Source: Catajapyx aquilonaris (taxonomy: Eukaryota). From it: a DNA stretch of 54,503 nucleotides. The notes under the pieces are model-generated. The model was not told the origin of the DNA. It did not search any database and was given only the letters and a program-made list of their open reading frames with translations. The stretch is taken from NCBI GenBank assembly GCA_000934665.2, contig KZ538757.1, positions 1-54,503 on the forward strand, written 5' to 3'. Each line of letters opens with the position of its first letter. The stretch's first letter is position 1. Of the stretch, positions 1-12,431 are shown in pieces. The translations under genes and the position numbers were made by a program.

Positions 1-128
1 TATTAGTTCATATGTTGGGTTAGCTTGCATCTCCCTTCATCGCTGACTACCCCTCATAGGGAAATGTCGTGATGTTGTTGTTGTTGTTGTTGTTGTTGCC
101 AATATTACGCACCTCATTATACCGCAAA

Positions 129-600
129 TACGAGGGTTGGATAAAAAGTATTGGCAACCCTGTTCCCCTGGCGCACGGAAACTGGGCTGTGGCTTCTGCG
201 CAAGAAGGGAGATCCAGACAGAGGTGGGGCTTGTTCATGTCAAGTTTGGACCCGATTGTGCTACTGGTGACGGTGACAGGGTAGTTCAAAAGGACGTAAG
301 GACCGCATCCTCGTGCACCGCCCTAAGCCATGCCATCGAAGTTAGAACAGAGCTTTTGGTTGAAGATCGAGGTAGCGAGATGCCGACAATGCCCAGTACT
401 ACCAAGACTTGGAACACCATATGAGACCAGCGATACGACGACGCAAGCGACCGAATTTCCTGAACACCAGCCCCATGACCAGCCCTATCGTGTTGCCATG
501 TCGCAGCTGCAGTGACAGAATATTATTTTTCTCTCATTGGCAATGGGAAACACTGCAGCACCACCCCTACTCTCCAGACATGACCCGTTGCGATTTTGAT
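129..600 (+). mobile_element. Mariner transposon remnant
   Basis: TA-CGAGGG terminus and WETLQHHPYSPDMTRCDFD, matching the mariner YSPDL motif. Confidence 0.8.
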
Positions 601-1181
601 TTTTTTTTTTTTTTCCACATCAGTCTGAGGCTAGCTGTCCTTGAGGGTGGACGCAAGTCTGGTGGCTCCTAACTATATTTACATCCTGGGGTCAACACCA
701 TTTCCTGGAGACGATCGTCAACTAGCACCTTTGGGTGAGATGTCGTCTTCCATGGTGATAGCTGTTTACATCGCCCATCGAACACACCATTTCGTGCTGG
801 ACAGTTTACAATGTTTTTGCATAGTTTTAATATGAATTTTTGTATGTTTATATGTGTACATTGTGCGAGTGTTTATATGTCTGTATGTATATTCATATCA
901 TCCTTTTCATTATCATCCTATCCATTATATCCTTTGCGTGGCCTGACCAGTCACCAAGGGATTCATTAAACTGGTCGTTCGAGATGGTCAGGTGGATTGT
1001 ACCTGGTCATCGCTGGTAACCCCATCTTGGGAATATGCCGTGAGTGTAGTGAGTGTAGTGAATGAATGAATGAATGAATGAATGAATGAATGAAAAATGA
1101 AGGAACCAGTGCGAGAAACGTATCCAGGGTAATGAAGCGATGGTATACACGCTCTTTAATAGGGGGGGGGGGGGGGGGGGT

Positions 1182-1379
1182 NNNNNNNNNNNNNNNNNNN
1201 NNNNNNNNNNNNNNNNNNNNNNNNNNNNNNNNNNNNNNNNNNNNNNNNNNNNNNNNNNNNNNNNNNNNNNNNNNNNNNNNNNNNNNNNNNNNNNNNNNNN
1301 NNNNNNNNNNNNNNNNNNNNNNNNNNNNNNNNNNNNNNNNNNNNNNNNNNNNNNNNNNNNNNNNNNNNNNNNNNNNNNN

Positions 1380-1428
<49 letters not shown>

Positions 1429-1436
1429 CCTCTCTC
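1182..1436. other. Assembly gap (N, 1182-1379) flanked by poly-G and (CT)n
   Basis: Visible directly in the sequence. Confidence 0.98.
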
Positions 1437-1529
1437 TCCCCTCCTCCCCTCCCCTCTGCAGTTATTTCTAGCCGTTTAGCATATAAAGATGTCGCAGCTA
1501 CAGTGTTTTATGCTCGATTTTATTTTATG

Positions 1530-1745
1530 TATCGCGCATGATCGCGCACGCACGTGACGCACGAGGGTCCCGCAGAATCCCATCTCCCATTGATATGCTG
1601 TAAGGTAGTATTTGCCTGCTTATTTTCGAACACCTCATATATCATTTAAAAACTTCAAAATGCCCTATAACATAATTATGTTGCTGAAAAGTGCGCATGA
1701 GCAAGAGCACTACACTGGTAGGCGCCAGTGCGCATGCGCATTTTG
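1530..1745. promoter_or_regulatory. CpG-rich promoter-like patch (NRF1-type TGCGCATGCGCA, CACGTGAC E-box)
   Basis: Motifs at about 1551 and 1729-1740, with a GTGAGT donor downstream at about 2059. Confidence 0.4.
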
Positions 1746-3029
1746 CTATATGATGTGATTGAAACGGATTGAAACGCTTGATCAGCAGAGGGGAGTGGGT
1801 GGGGTGGGCACGGTGGCGTGGGGAAGATCAGGCAAGCCTTGGATCACAGGGGAGACGGGAGAGCAGGGGGAGAGAAGCGCAGGGGAGAGGGAGGACAACC
1901 GTTGGGCCTTGCCGTTGGGCTACCGTTTGTTCGGATTGGGCTCCTTGTTCTCGGCTACGGGGAGCGACAGCTATAGTTCCCTGCTTGGTTCCCTGCCTGC
2001 TGGAAGGACCCGGAGGTTGTCGCCCGTAGTGCAGAGCTGGGCTTCTTCGGTGACGAAGGTGAGTAAGGCGGCTGTTCTCTGGATTATAGACATCCCCCCC
2101 CCCCCCTTTCTGAGAAAATGCTCGGTTATGGGGAGAGGGGTGGGGAGAAAAGGGGAGGGGGAGAGGGGCCATGAACGGAACCCAGAGTTTTACCTTAATT
2201 ATTGACAACATCCTAAGCAACAATGAATAAGGCAAAATTCTGGGTTTTTGTTTTACCCAGTTTGGTGCAGGTGACGATGTGGTGAAGGCCGAACTTCTAC
2301 TGCAGTCGTGGGGTAGGCCTACACAGAATAAAGAGTGATTATGGATGATTTTCAGTTTGTTGCACAAAATAATCAAGAACTACCTTAGTAAAATAATATG
2401 ACTGGAGGTGTGATCCCAAATTTGCAAAAGTATAGGTTGTAGCCTCAGTGAGAGTGAGAAGCCAGTTCTAGAACTGCATTCGTCCATTATTGCCTTATTC
2501 TCTCTAAAAGGTCTCTCATTCACCAGTGGCGGATCTACTATGAAACTGCCTTAATCCCAGATAGGCCCCTGAAGCAACTATTTTTTTTCAACATAATCTA
2601 TAGAGTTTTTAAAAAGTGAATGTTATTAAAATATTGCTCTTCTAGTGATAGAATCATTATGCATAACACTCACTTCTTGTGGTCTCAAAATGTCCATGTA
2701 ATGAAGTGGTTCCCAACGTTTTCGGGCCTTCGTACCCCTTTGAGAGCAGCTGGTCATTCTTGTAATACCCCCTACTAGGATGAAAAATTGACAAAATCCT
2801 TTAGCTAATCCGTGATACTACAACAATAACATCACCATCACGACATTTCCCTATAAGGGGTAGTCAGCGATTACGGGAGCCGCAAGCTAACCCAAAATAT
2901 GAACTAAATTAAAACTTGTAAAAAAAACCCTACACACAACCCTTCCCGCCCCCACCACTGCCCATCTCAGACAACAAACACTCAATATTAAATTTAAATA
3001 TTACACTATGGAACGCGGTACTATGCAAC

Positions 3030-3265
3030 TGTTAAATTCCTCCAATTGACTTGAAAATTATTTTACCGGTTAGTGAGGAATGCCAGTATTTGTTAAATTC
3101 CTCCAGTTGCCTAGAAAATTTACAGGTTAGTGAGGAATAACAGTATTTGTTGAATTCCTCCAGTTGAATAGAATATTCACAGGTTTGTGAGAAATAACAG
3201 TATCCATTAAATTCTTCCAAATGATTAGAATATTAACAGGTTAGTGAGAAGAATCAGCATCTGGA
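3030..3265. repeat. 57-bp minisatellite, about 4 diverged copies
   Basis: ggttagtgag-type anchors at 3068, 3125, 3182 and 3239. Confidence 0.9.
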
Positions 3266-3456
3266 AATTCATACTCGAACTCTAAGTGCTGTGCAGGACA
3301 GAACAATCCGTGATAATTGTGATAACTACCTTATAATCAATATTTTGGGACCAGGCAAAGATACTATGAAAGAGGAAGATTGGAAATAAGCAGGGAATGC
3401 TATGTTTTATGGTGGGTTCAGCCTCCGGACCCTTATACTACATTCTGATGTTATCG

Positions 3457-3747
3457 CCTGCCGAGGCATTTTGCAGGGGGTGCTCACCTGAGAGCGCCAT
3501 GAGACATTTCAGAGCCCAGGTATGTGGCGACCCTACCGGACTAATCTGAACTTTATAGGTACAAAAGGGAAGCGCTACATTGGGGGACCCAACATGGTCG
3601 CCGGCGGCCATTTTGGACCTGCATGTAGCGCTTCCCTTTTGTACCTATAAAGTTCAGCGTAGTCCGGTAGGGTCGCCACTTACCTGGGCTCTGAAATGTC
3701 TCATGGCGCTCTCAAGTGAGCACCTTCAGCAAAACGCCCCGGCAGGG
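3457..3747. mobile_element. Palindromic (hairpin) MITE
   Basis: Arms 3457-3580 and 3622-3747 are near-perfect reverse complements. Confidence 0.85.
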
Positions 3748-4333
3748 GGTGGGTGGGGTGACCAGACCTGAGTATTCTTAGATCGTGGGTGGGTTCAATC
3801 CTCAGTCAATGCTGCCCACTACTGAGCCAGCTACAAAGCAAATACTGTATCACCAGTTACAGTAATAGTGCTGAAAATATGGGCATGTAGGGTTGGAATA
3901 TTGCGATATACTTCTGAAGTTTCTCATACTATCTCCCTCAAATTTCTCAGGACAAATATATACTAACAATAAGTTACTACTTCAGTAGTACTACTAAGAT
4001 AGTAGTAGTGTATTTGGCTAAGGCCGTACCACATTCCATGGAGATGAAATACAACTACAGAAAGCAGGTAAAAAGCAGGGCAGGGTAACGGTAAATCTGA
4101 AAATCCTAGCATATTGGCTGTGGAAAAATGCACATTAACCACACTTGAAAGTATACACATGTGCAATGTAAATATCGGTAAATATATCTTTATTTGATAT
4201 GTATCAGCTCAGCTCTGATCATTTGTGTAACACAGTTGCCCATTTTCGCTTTACATTAGAGCTCCTTGACACATATGGCACAACTCAAGGGCCTCATTCA
4301 TTCTAAACCTGAGGAAATAGTGCATTCTCATGT

Positions 4334-5420
4334 TTAGAATATGTTCAGAATATGTTCAGGAAGGTCTTCACAATAGTTGCCTTTCCCGAGGAGACCACCA
4401 TTTCGACACTTAAGTTTGGAAACAAGATCCATAATTTTTCCCTGTGCTGTTGCAACTAACCCCAACACATGTACATTGCCATTTATAAATGGGTTCAATT
4501 TCGAATTACACAGGCGGATAAACATAGCTGTAGAAGGCAAGTGAAATGAACCAAAGTCATTGTTATCAGACTGGTTCTGTAGGAACTGGTATATTTTGGA
4601 CCTGGTGAATTCTTGATAGAATTTCTCTGCTTTTCTCACATGATTAAGTAATGCAGCCCTACATTTCTTACAATCATGACATTTTCAGCACCCTTTTTGC
4701 ATACCCAACCAGCAATGTAATAGTCAGCATTCTGGCTGCATATTGCATTGACATCATCTTCATGTATTGGAAGCTCTTCCTCTTCCAGGAATTCATCATT
4801 ATCATCTTGCACCAAGTCTGAGGTCAAATTATTTTGTGGTACTCTCGTACTTGCCAGTGCGTGAGCCTTCAAGAGAAACTCTCCCAGGTCGTCGCCCTCA
4901 CATTTTTGCCCAACCCAAAAACAAAGTTGACGTGGAAATTCTTTCCAAGCTGCACTGAAATTCTGATAATCTGGGATTGAACATGAACCCCCCCCCCTCC
5001 CCGACCCCGAATCTTGTCAAATAAATTCTCTAGGCAGTCTTGGTTACTATTTCTTGTGCACAAGTATCACACATTCTGGTTTGTTTTTAAATCCTCCCAT
5101 AACATGAGTAGGGAGTTAATGGTGAGCTTCAACCCCCCAAGAGTGGGTATGTGTATCTTGTCAAGGAATTTCCAACTTGACATTTTTTCAAGGAAGGAAG
5201 TCACATGATATGTGGAATCAGACCAAGCTCGTCTGTACACTTTCGTCTCATTACCACTTGTGCAGTTAAAACAATCAAACATGTTATCTATCCACTTCAA
5301 AAATCCACCTACTTGTGGCTGTCGCACCTTCAAGTACATTGAATTTAGCCAGGACACCTAGGGCAACTCCAACTGAATGGCTAAATACCTGGGCTGCATA
5401 TTTCACCAGCATGTTAGAAG
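4334..5420 (-). mobile_element. P-element/THAP9-type transposase pseudogene
   Basis: MLVKYAAQVFSHSV, IDNMFDCFN, TINSLLMLWEDL, NQDCLENLFDKIRGRGG and YIAGWV in shifted frames. Confidence 0.85.
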
Positions 5421-5949
5421 AATCTGGTAGGAGGGTCATTTTCATTTTCTTGCACAAATCCAGATATTTGTTTGTGAAATATGAAACCTAAACCTCATGG
5501 TTTTTACTTATACCACATGATTTGAAATCATCTGTATTATTTTAATCCCATGTTGGACATGATATGGTGGGAGAAGTTTAATTGATATTGCAGAGTTAAC
5601 AGTGCTTAGTGGCTTCCTTTGTCACTTCTGTTACCATCTTGTGGATGTTTTTAAAAACCACTGTGTATGTAATCTTGAAGTTTTAATGCTCCCATGCAGC
5701 GGAGAGCACCACTCTCGTGAGAGTATTATTTTTTATTTACAGGAAATAGGATATTAGGCTCATTTGTTGTGGATAGGAATGGCTGGTAACTAGAATTATT
5801 AAATTTTCACAAAGTTTCACTTACGACTCAGAGTTATGAAGCTCATGCACATAGATGTATATTTTTAAATGTGTAAGGCATCTGGGAGGCTTTCATTTAC
5901 TATACTTTAATTAACAGTACCTCATACCACTCTAATGCTGTGGTAAAGA

Positions 5950-7440
5950 CTCACCTGGGTAACAGATGTGACATTGAGTAACAGATGTGACAACACCTCA
6001 TTTCAAGAAATGATAATAGCAATATGATGAATCGTACCAAAGAACTTGAATCACATTTTCTATACGTATATGTTGGGCATATCATGTATCATCTGAGGCT
6101 GACAAGGGACAACCAAGAAAATATAATCCAGGCTTATAACAATCACAAAATCCTTATTTTCCTTCACAGAAGCATGACAAGTCTCTGAAACCTAACTGTC
6201 CCAGTGTTTTGCACATAACTTGGTGGACAGCCGTGGTACCTTTCAGAGTTGGAATACATGATGGCACATTCTTTGACACAGAGTCTACTTCATTCTCAGT
6301 AACGTAAAACATATTTCACATTAGTGGCATTCTTCAAATGATCATAGAATGCTTTAGCATCAGATATATCTTTTCCAAGGGCTACTTCTGCATCAGCTGT
6401 GTGCTTCAGACACCCCCCTACCCCATCGGCAGCCCCATTCCTATGTCCTGCCTCAAAAAACGACCACGTTCCGTTTTGAAATCCCTCTCCCAGCAATTTG
6501 TTGAAGAGAAAGAAGTTTTTCTTCTGCCTGTATTGTGTGGAAGGTCCATCAGAAAAAAAAAATGCTGTGTATTCACCTCTGGTGCAATCTCTTTTAAGTA
6601 GTGGATCACAGGGGACATGTGTGCTCATATGGCTCGTGGGCTATGGTCATGACAGGCAGATATCGATGCGAAAGAAAGTGGCCTCTGTCCTGCAAGGTAC
6701 AGGACCCCTGTGTGCAATGGTGCCTGTGAACGCAATCCTCCAAAATGGTAGGATTGGACTTCCTGGCTTAGTTTACACGAATAGTTCTCTGAGAAGCCTA
6801 TATGAATATGATCTAAATACAATATTATAGGCTGAACAGCCTAACTTCTGTTTGATGTCATCATAGCAGCTATTGGAAAACCATACTCACATACATGGGC
6901 CACGACTTTGGCGTATTATTAACCATCATAACATCCATCAAAACCATAACTGTCGCTTATTGTTGGTGACAATAATAGGCAACAGTCATGGGTGCTTACG
7001 AATATGCATTCCCAACGGCTGCGATGATGAAATCAAACAGATGTTAGGCTGTTCTGCCTTATAGCATAATAGGTTTCATCATTCACATTTGTTACCAAGC
7101 CTGTCACATATGTTACTCTATGGTAGGGAACATGTGACAGTAACAGACAGTGACAAATTGAATGTAGTAATTTTTCCTGCAAGACTATTTGTTTTCATGA
7201 AAAGTTATTAGTACCTGAAGTGGTGGGACCTTAGTATGCAACAAGCTCAATTCAACCGTGACAATTACATGCAGTGGAATAGGATTTAAAAAGGTAACAT
7301 ACGTGACAGGCAGAAAAAATACGCAGCAACCTTGAGAGAAAACATGGCCTGCCTCCTCCTAGTCCAGCACTCAACTCCCAACTGACAAAGAATTCCCTCG
7401 GGACTGAATCTATGCTACACTTGGGCATTTTGCTGGCCTA
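5950..7440 (-). mobile_element. DDE transposase remnant, Sola2-like
   Basis: HI(G)FSENY...EVQSYHFGG...HTGVLY; FSDGPSTQYRQKKNF; WSFFEAGH..GAADGVGGCLK. Subterminal gtaacagatgtgaca repeats. Boundaries approximate. Confidence 0.65.
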
Positions 7441-7559
7441 TTTTTAGCGATTTCAGAAGTTCCAGCAAGGGTGCCAGTCAGATGGTAAAAGAGTGTGACA
7501 GTGTCACGCTTCACATCCTTAAATGATTTGTAAAATTTAGTTATATGTTAAATGACAGT

Positions 7560-9197
7560 GATATGTATCAACTTTGGGGTATCCAATGATAACAAGCGTA
7601 AAAAAATTTGGTTCCAAAATCCGGGTACTGACACAGCTGTATGAAATTCACAAAGAGCTAATCTTGCTATCGGCTTCACCTCATTTCCACACACTTTTCA
7701 TCATTTTTTATTTATATATATGACTGAATGGATTCTAATCCATGTTTTTGATATCAAATGAGCACATATGAATGTCTCTTTCACGTAACTGTAAAATGAC
7801 TTGCAGGATTGGTCACAGTTATTAATTGATTTTTTTTCTACATTGACACAGCAAATGCGCAAAAAAAATGAAAATGACCCAGGAACACGTGAAGGTAACT
7901 TAACTTTGGACACATGCGTGATTCTAGTGCGTGATACAATTTCTTAATAAACTCGAAAGAGATGACTTCATCACCCACTTTCACATCATACTTCTTTAAA
8001 TTGTTCCAGGCAATTAATATGGGCCCTCAGCACCACCCTCAACGGATGAGGCCACCCCTTCTTCAGTATGCCCAGCAATCTATGATGGGTATGCATCCTC
8101 GTCAAGGGTCGCCTAATGGGAACCCTTCAGGAGCAAAGAGAGCTGCAGTGCCAAATACGACCGGACCACCACCCAAGCAAAGGAATGTTGACTTGGGCTC
8201 CTTGACCCTGAGTGTGTGTTCGACTCCAGAGAAGGAAGCTCAGCAAAGGTTGCAGCTGAGCACGGATAACAACAATGCTTTGGTCTCGTTGCTAGCTACC
8301 AGAGGTATTACTGTCACCCCCTATGCTTCAAAGGAAGGTGTGCATGACAGCAACATTCAGGTATCACAGGGTCACAGGTCACCTCTGACTATGGCATCAG
8401 TGCCAGAGAGACTACCCAGACCCCCAACTGTGGACCTGACTGGTGAGAGATCTCCAGAGCCTCCCAATGCTCCACAAGCACAAGCTCCAGCCAGAAGATA
8501 TCAAATGCAGCAAGGTCGAGGTGTCCCATCACAAGGACAACATCAATTGTGCCAGTTCTGTGACAGACAGTTCCCAAGTGCTGAGACCCTCCAGGAGCAT
8601 GTTGTGGCAATGCATCACACCCCTCAAACATCTGCAGTTGCAGCTGCAAGGCTGCCATACAAGTGCAATCTATGCAACGCTGCATATCCGAACATCCAAC
8701 TGTTGCTGTTCCATTTTAATGCAAAGTAAAAATACACGTAGGTGGAGCCTGGGAGGCTCCAAGCACTATTTAAACACATGTAACTTTTTCATTGAATTTT
8801 ATTTTCCCCTGTCATTCCGTGACTTTGTCAGAAAAACCTTCCTAAGCATGGAAAGGAAAGAAAAAAATTTTTAGTCCCTATTCTTTGGTTTAAAAAAATT
8901 CGTAACGAGGAACAGGTCCCTCCTGGAACCGCTCAGGCTCTATATCTCGTAGGTGAAGCCTGAGCGGCTCAAGCATGATGTAACCTTTTCATTAAGAATT
9001 TTTCCCTGTCGGAATATGCTGACTCAGCGAGTGATTTTTACGTTTTCGGAAGCCTAATGATCTGAACTGCACTTTCTGTATGTGAAAAGTCCAATATAAC
9101 AATTTAGTTGATAAGCAGAAATTTAAATATACCGTTGGAGCCTCTCAGGCTCCACCTACGTAGTTAAAGGTGTTTCGCCCACCTACGTAGTTAAGGG
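7560..9197 (-). mobile_element. piggyBac-type non-autonomous element (one terminus at 9197)
   Basis: ...cctacgtagttaaggg|TTAA terminus and subterminal cgtaggtggagcc repeats (8737, 8948, 9136-9190). Degenerate transposase C-terminus-like peptides on the minus strand at 7580-7960. Left boundary not found. Confidence 0.55.
8010..8729 (+). pseudogene. Isolated C2H2 zinc-finger gene fragment (Q/P-rich region, one complete and one truncated finger)
   Basis: Open frame 7962..8729 with ttccag acceptor at 8008-8009. First finger CQFCDRQFPSAETLQEHVVAMH. Second finger CNLCNAAYPNIQ...FH lacks the second His. No partner exons found. Confidence 0.6.
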
Positions 9198-9633
9198 TTA
9201 AATATGGATTGTGAAATCATTAAATAGCTAAGTGATGTTTACAATGAACAATAAATTGAGCCCAGCAACATTTCAAATGCTCATCTACAACACTTTCCCC
9301 TTTCAGCAGTATCGCAAAGTTGACACTATATGCTGGTATAAAAGATGAGTTTAAAAGTTTCACTGGAAAATGTGGCATTTCTTTTTGGAGGAGACGTTAG
9401 GATGGGGTAGAAAAAAAAAACAACAACAACAACGAAAATTTATGTTGTTGCAGATGACCCATTTGTTGGTAGGTATTGCACTTGCACCTATGTTCCCTCC
9501 CCAAAAATCCCTATCCTTACTCATTGTCCTTGACTTCCCTGCACCGGAGTTTGAAGAAACAGAAAATTCTCAGAAAATCCAAATGGTGGTAATCCACCCC
9601 CTTAAAAGGGCTCAGCCCCCGCTAATGGGGTAA

Positions 9634-9637
<4 letters not shown>

Positions 9638-9707
<70 letters not shown>

Positions 9708-9761
9708 GTAATAATAATAATAATAATAATAATATTTAATAATAATAATAATAATAATAAA
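9638..9761. repeat. (AAT)n microsatellite forming a SINE tail; similar arrays at 20280-20330, 31849-31907, 33803-33882 and 34232-34301
   Basis: Visible directly in the sequence. Confidence 0.97.
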
Positions 9762-10411
9762 TGTTGTTTGGTGTCACATAATTATGAGGAATTTTAAAAT
9801 CCTACATTTGATTTGATCAAAAACTATCTGGCAGTTTTGCTGTCATTATAACCACTTCAATTTTTTGGTTGTGCAAAACTGATCAGTAGTAGGATTAATA
9901 TGCCTACTACCAATCCATCCATAAATAACAAAGAGTGCAACTGTACTTATAAAGTCAGTGTTTCGTCCTATACTGCTAGTTAGCAGTACCAATGTCAACA
10001 ACTAGTATCCATGGCAACCCATGAGAAAGCTTATGGGATAATATCCTGGCTAGCAGAGACTTAGCAGTAGGACGAAAAACTCATCCCTAGTGTTTAAAAT
10101 TGAACAAAAACTTGCTTATAGATTTCAATCTTTCAATAGACGGTACAGTTCTCGGGCTAAAGCAGTCACTGGCATGCTTTGGGTCTGAAGGATACACTTG
10201 CAGAACCCACACTACTGACTTCAATATTTAACAACAAAGTCACCTTGATTCAGTTATGGTAAATGACATCTTGATGAGAGGGAAAAGCTCTTATAGAGTA
10301 GAGCGGGGCAAGTGCGTCATTGCTTCTAGTGTATGACACAAGGTGGCAATGTAAATGTTCACGATGACCTTTGCCCACTCTGCTAAAAGCGGCACGATCT
10401 TCTCTCTTTCG

Positions 10412-10654
10412 CAGGGGCATAACAAGATTCTTGGGGGCCCTCGTGCCAAAAGGTACAGTACGCGGGGCCCCTCCATTTCATCCTTTGTCCTGCACACATC
10501 ACTTTTCGTATAGGCCTACAGGTTATACTACAGAAATATTATGGACTTGTGGGTGTCTTCCAATTTTTCTAAAACTCGTTGGAGAATTCGGGGGGCCCCT
10601 TTGCGGGGCCTTTGTGGAGTCGCACAACCTGAACTTAAGATAGTTACGTCCATG
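10412..10654. mobile_element. hAT-type MITE
   Basis: CAGGGGC...GTCCATG ends with 8-bp TSD CTCTTTCG on both sides. Confidence 0.75.
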
Positions 10655-11630
10655 CTCTTTCGTCACATTGGTCAAAAATTGCCACCAAGCTCAAGATAGC
10701 GTTTTAACTTTTCTGATGAGTATGAGTATGTGAGTATCTTTTGCAGAATTTTTGACGAGCCTGGTATTTCATGCCGCGTAACCGCTCCGGCAGTGGTACA
10801 TAAGAGGGTAAGGTGCACAGCACTATCACGCTGTTATTGTTCCGTTTTGGTGGCATAATCAGGCTGATATTTAAAAGGGGTGATGCACTTCCCCCTTGCT
10901 AGACATGGTCAGGAACAAGTGCATACCCAATTAATACGAGTACATGGATCAAAATGCAATATTTAAGGAATAAAGCTAGCGGTCGCCAATAGAGGTGACA
11001 AGACATCTTGATGTGGTCACCAATGGATATTCCGCAACTGGCGACAGGCTAATTTCACATACTGGTGTAAAAACACTTCCACATAATGCATTTTAATCAG
11101 ATAATCCCAGTACTGTTAGCCAACCTGTTGCGGAGCAGTGAATAAAAGTTCGTCCTGTAAAAACTTCTTGGGATGTTTTTGTCCGGGGAAATATAGACTG
11201 GCAGCTCCCTCCCTGAGTCTGATGCAGGGAGGTAAAATAAAAATTGATTGAATTGAATTGATTGATAGACTGGCAGAGGAAGTTTGTGTCTTTGTGGCAC
11301 TAGTCCTGTGCAACCCAAGCAATGTTTATTACTCTAAGTGAATTTCACAATCGCACTTACCCCATATCGTGGGGCAAGGGGGGCACTGTGCACCACATCT
11401 GCCATCCTGCTGAACCGTTAGTCGACTTTCCAGTGCTCTAGCACTGGAAAGTCGACTCGCCCGGTTTTGCAGATACGGCTTTTTTCTGCGGGACGGCAGA
11501 CATGCACATTTTAATTATTTTTTGGAGCACCCACATAAATGAATGTTGTGCAATAGCCCACTTTGAAAGTCAATGAGTTAAAGTATATTGTCCATTACTT
11601 TTTCTCTCACTTGCTAATTACTGAGGAAGT

Positions 11631-11994
11631 GGGGAGGTGTGGTGGCTGAGATGGTAACGTCTCGTCTTGCTGAGTGAAAGGTCTCAGGTTCGACCCCCGC
11701 CTGGGAGTTCCCTTTCACCTGCGTCGGCGAGGGTCTCTGTCCCGCGCCTTGGAGGTGTCTGGCAACCTAACCTCCTGGGGGACTGCACATGGCCTGACGC
11801 AACAACATTGCACCTACACCTGTGTCCCCTACCCAGAAATGCCCATCCCTACCCTATATCCTTTCATCCTTGCACCGGATACTGAAGAAAAAATTGTATA
11901 CAGAAAACTGATGGTGGTGTGCCACCCCCCTATAAGGGCTTATAGCTCTATCGCTGGGTAAAATAAATTAAAAAGTAACAAAATAATTAAAAAG
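11631..11994 (+). mobile_element. tRNA-derived SINE family B
   Basis: A box TGGCTGAGATGG, B box GGTTCGACCCC, TSD TACTGAGGAAGT (11619-11630 and 11995-12006). Confidence 0.9.
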
Positions 11995-12328
11995 TACTGA
12001 GGAAGTAGCATGCCACTAAATTGCACCTAATCAAAATCTGTCAGCACATGCCCCGCTTTAACCTATCTCTTATATCGTGGGAATACAAGAGAAATGTGCT
12101 AAGTCCCATTTTGGCAGTTTTGAGTTATTTACATCTCTAAGTGGCATTTTAAATGTTCTATTGCCTATTACCTGGTAAAAGCCATTCATAAAGGTCAGGT
12201 ATCCCTCATTTTCTGCCTTCACTAGCATGTAACCAAGTCCAAGGTCACATCTTTGCTTTGGATTATCACAAAACACAATTTTTTGACTAACTGGATTTCT
12301 CTTGCATGCCCATGATATGTATGATGTA

Positions 12329-12431
12329 CTATCGGGTTCAAATACTTTTGGCAACTTTATCCTGGTCTTGAAGCAACCCTTCGCACAGACCCCACATTGT
12401 GTGAGTGGCCAAAAGTATTTGAACCCGATAG
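12329..12431. mobile_element. 103-bp Tc1/mariner-type mini-MITE
   Basis: TA|ctatcgggttcaaatacttttggc...gccaaaagtatttgaacccgatag|TA. Confidence 0.88.
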
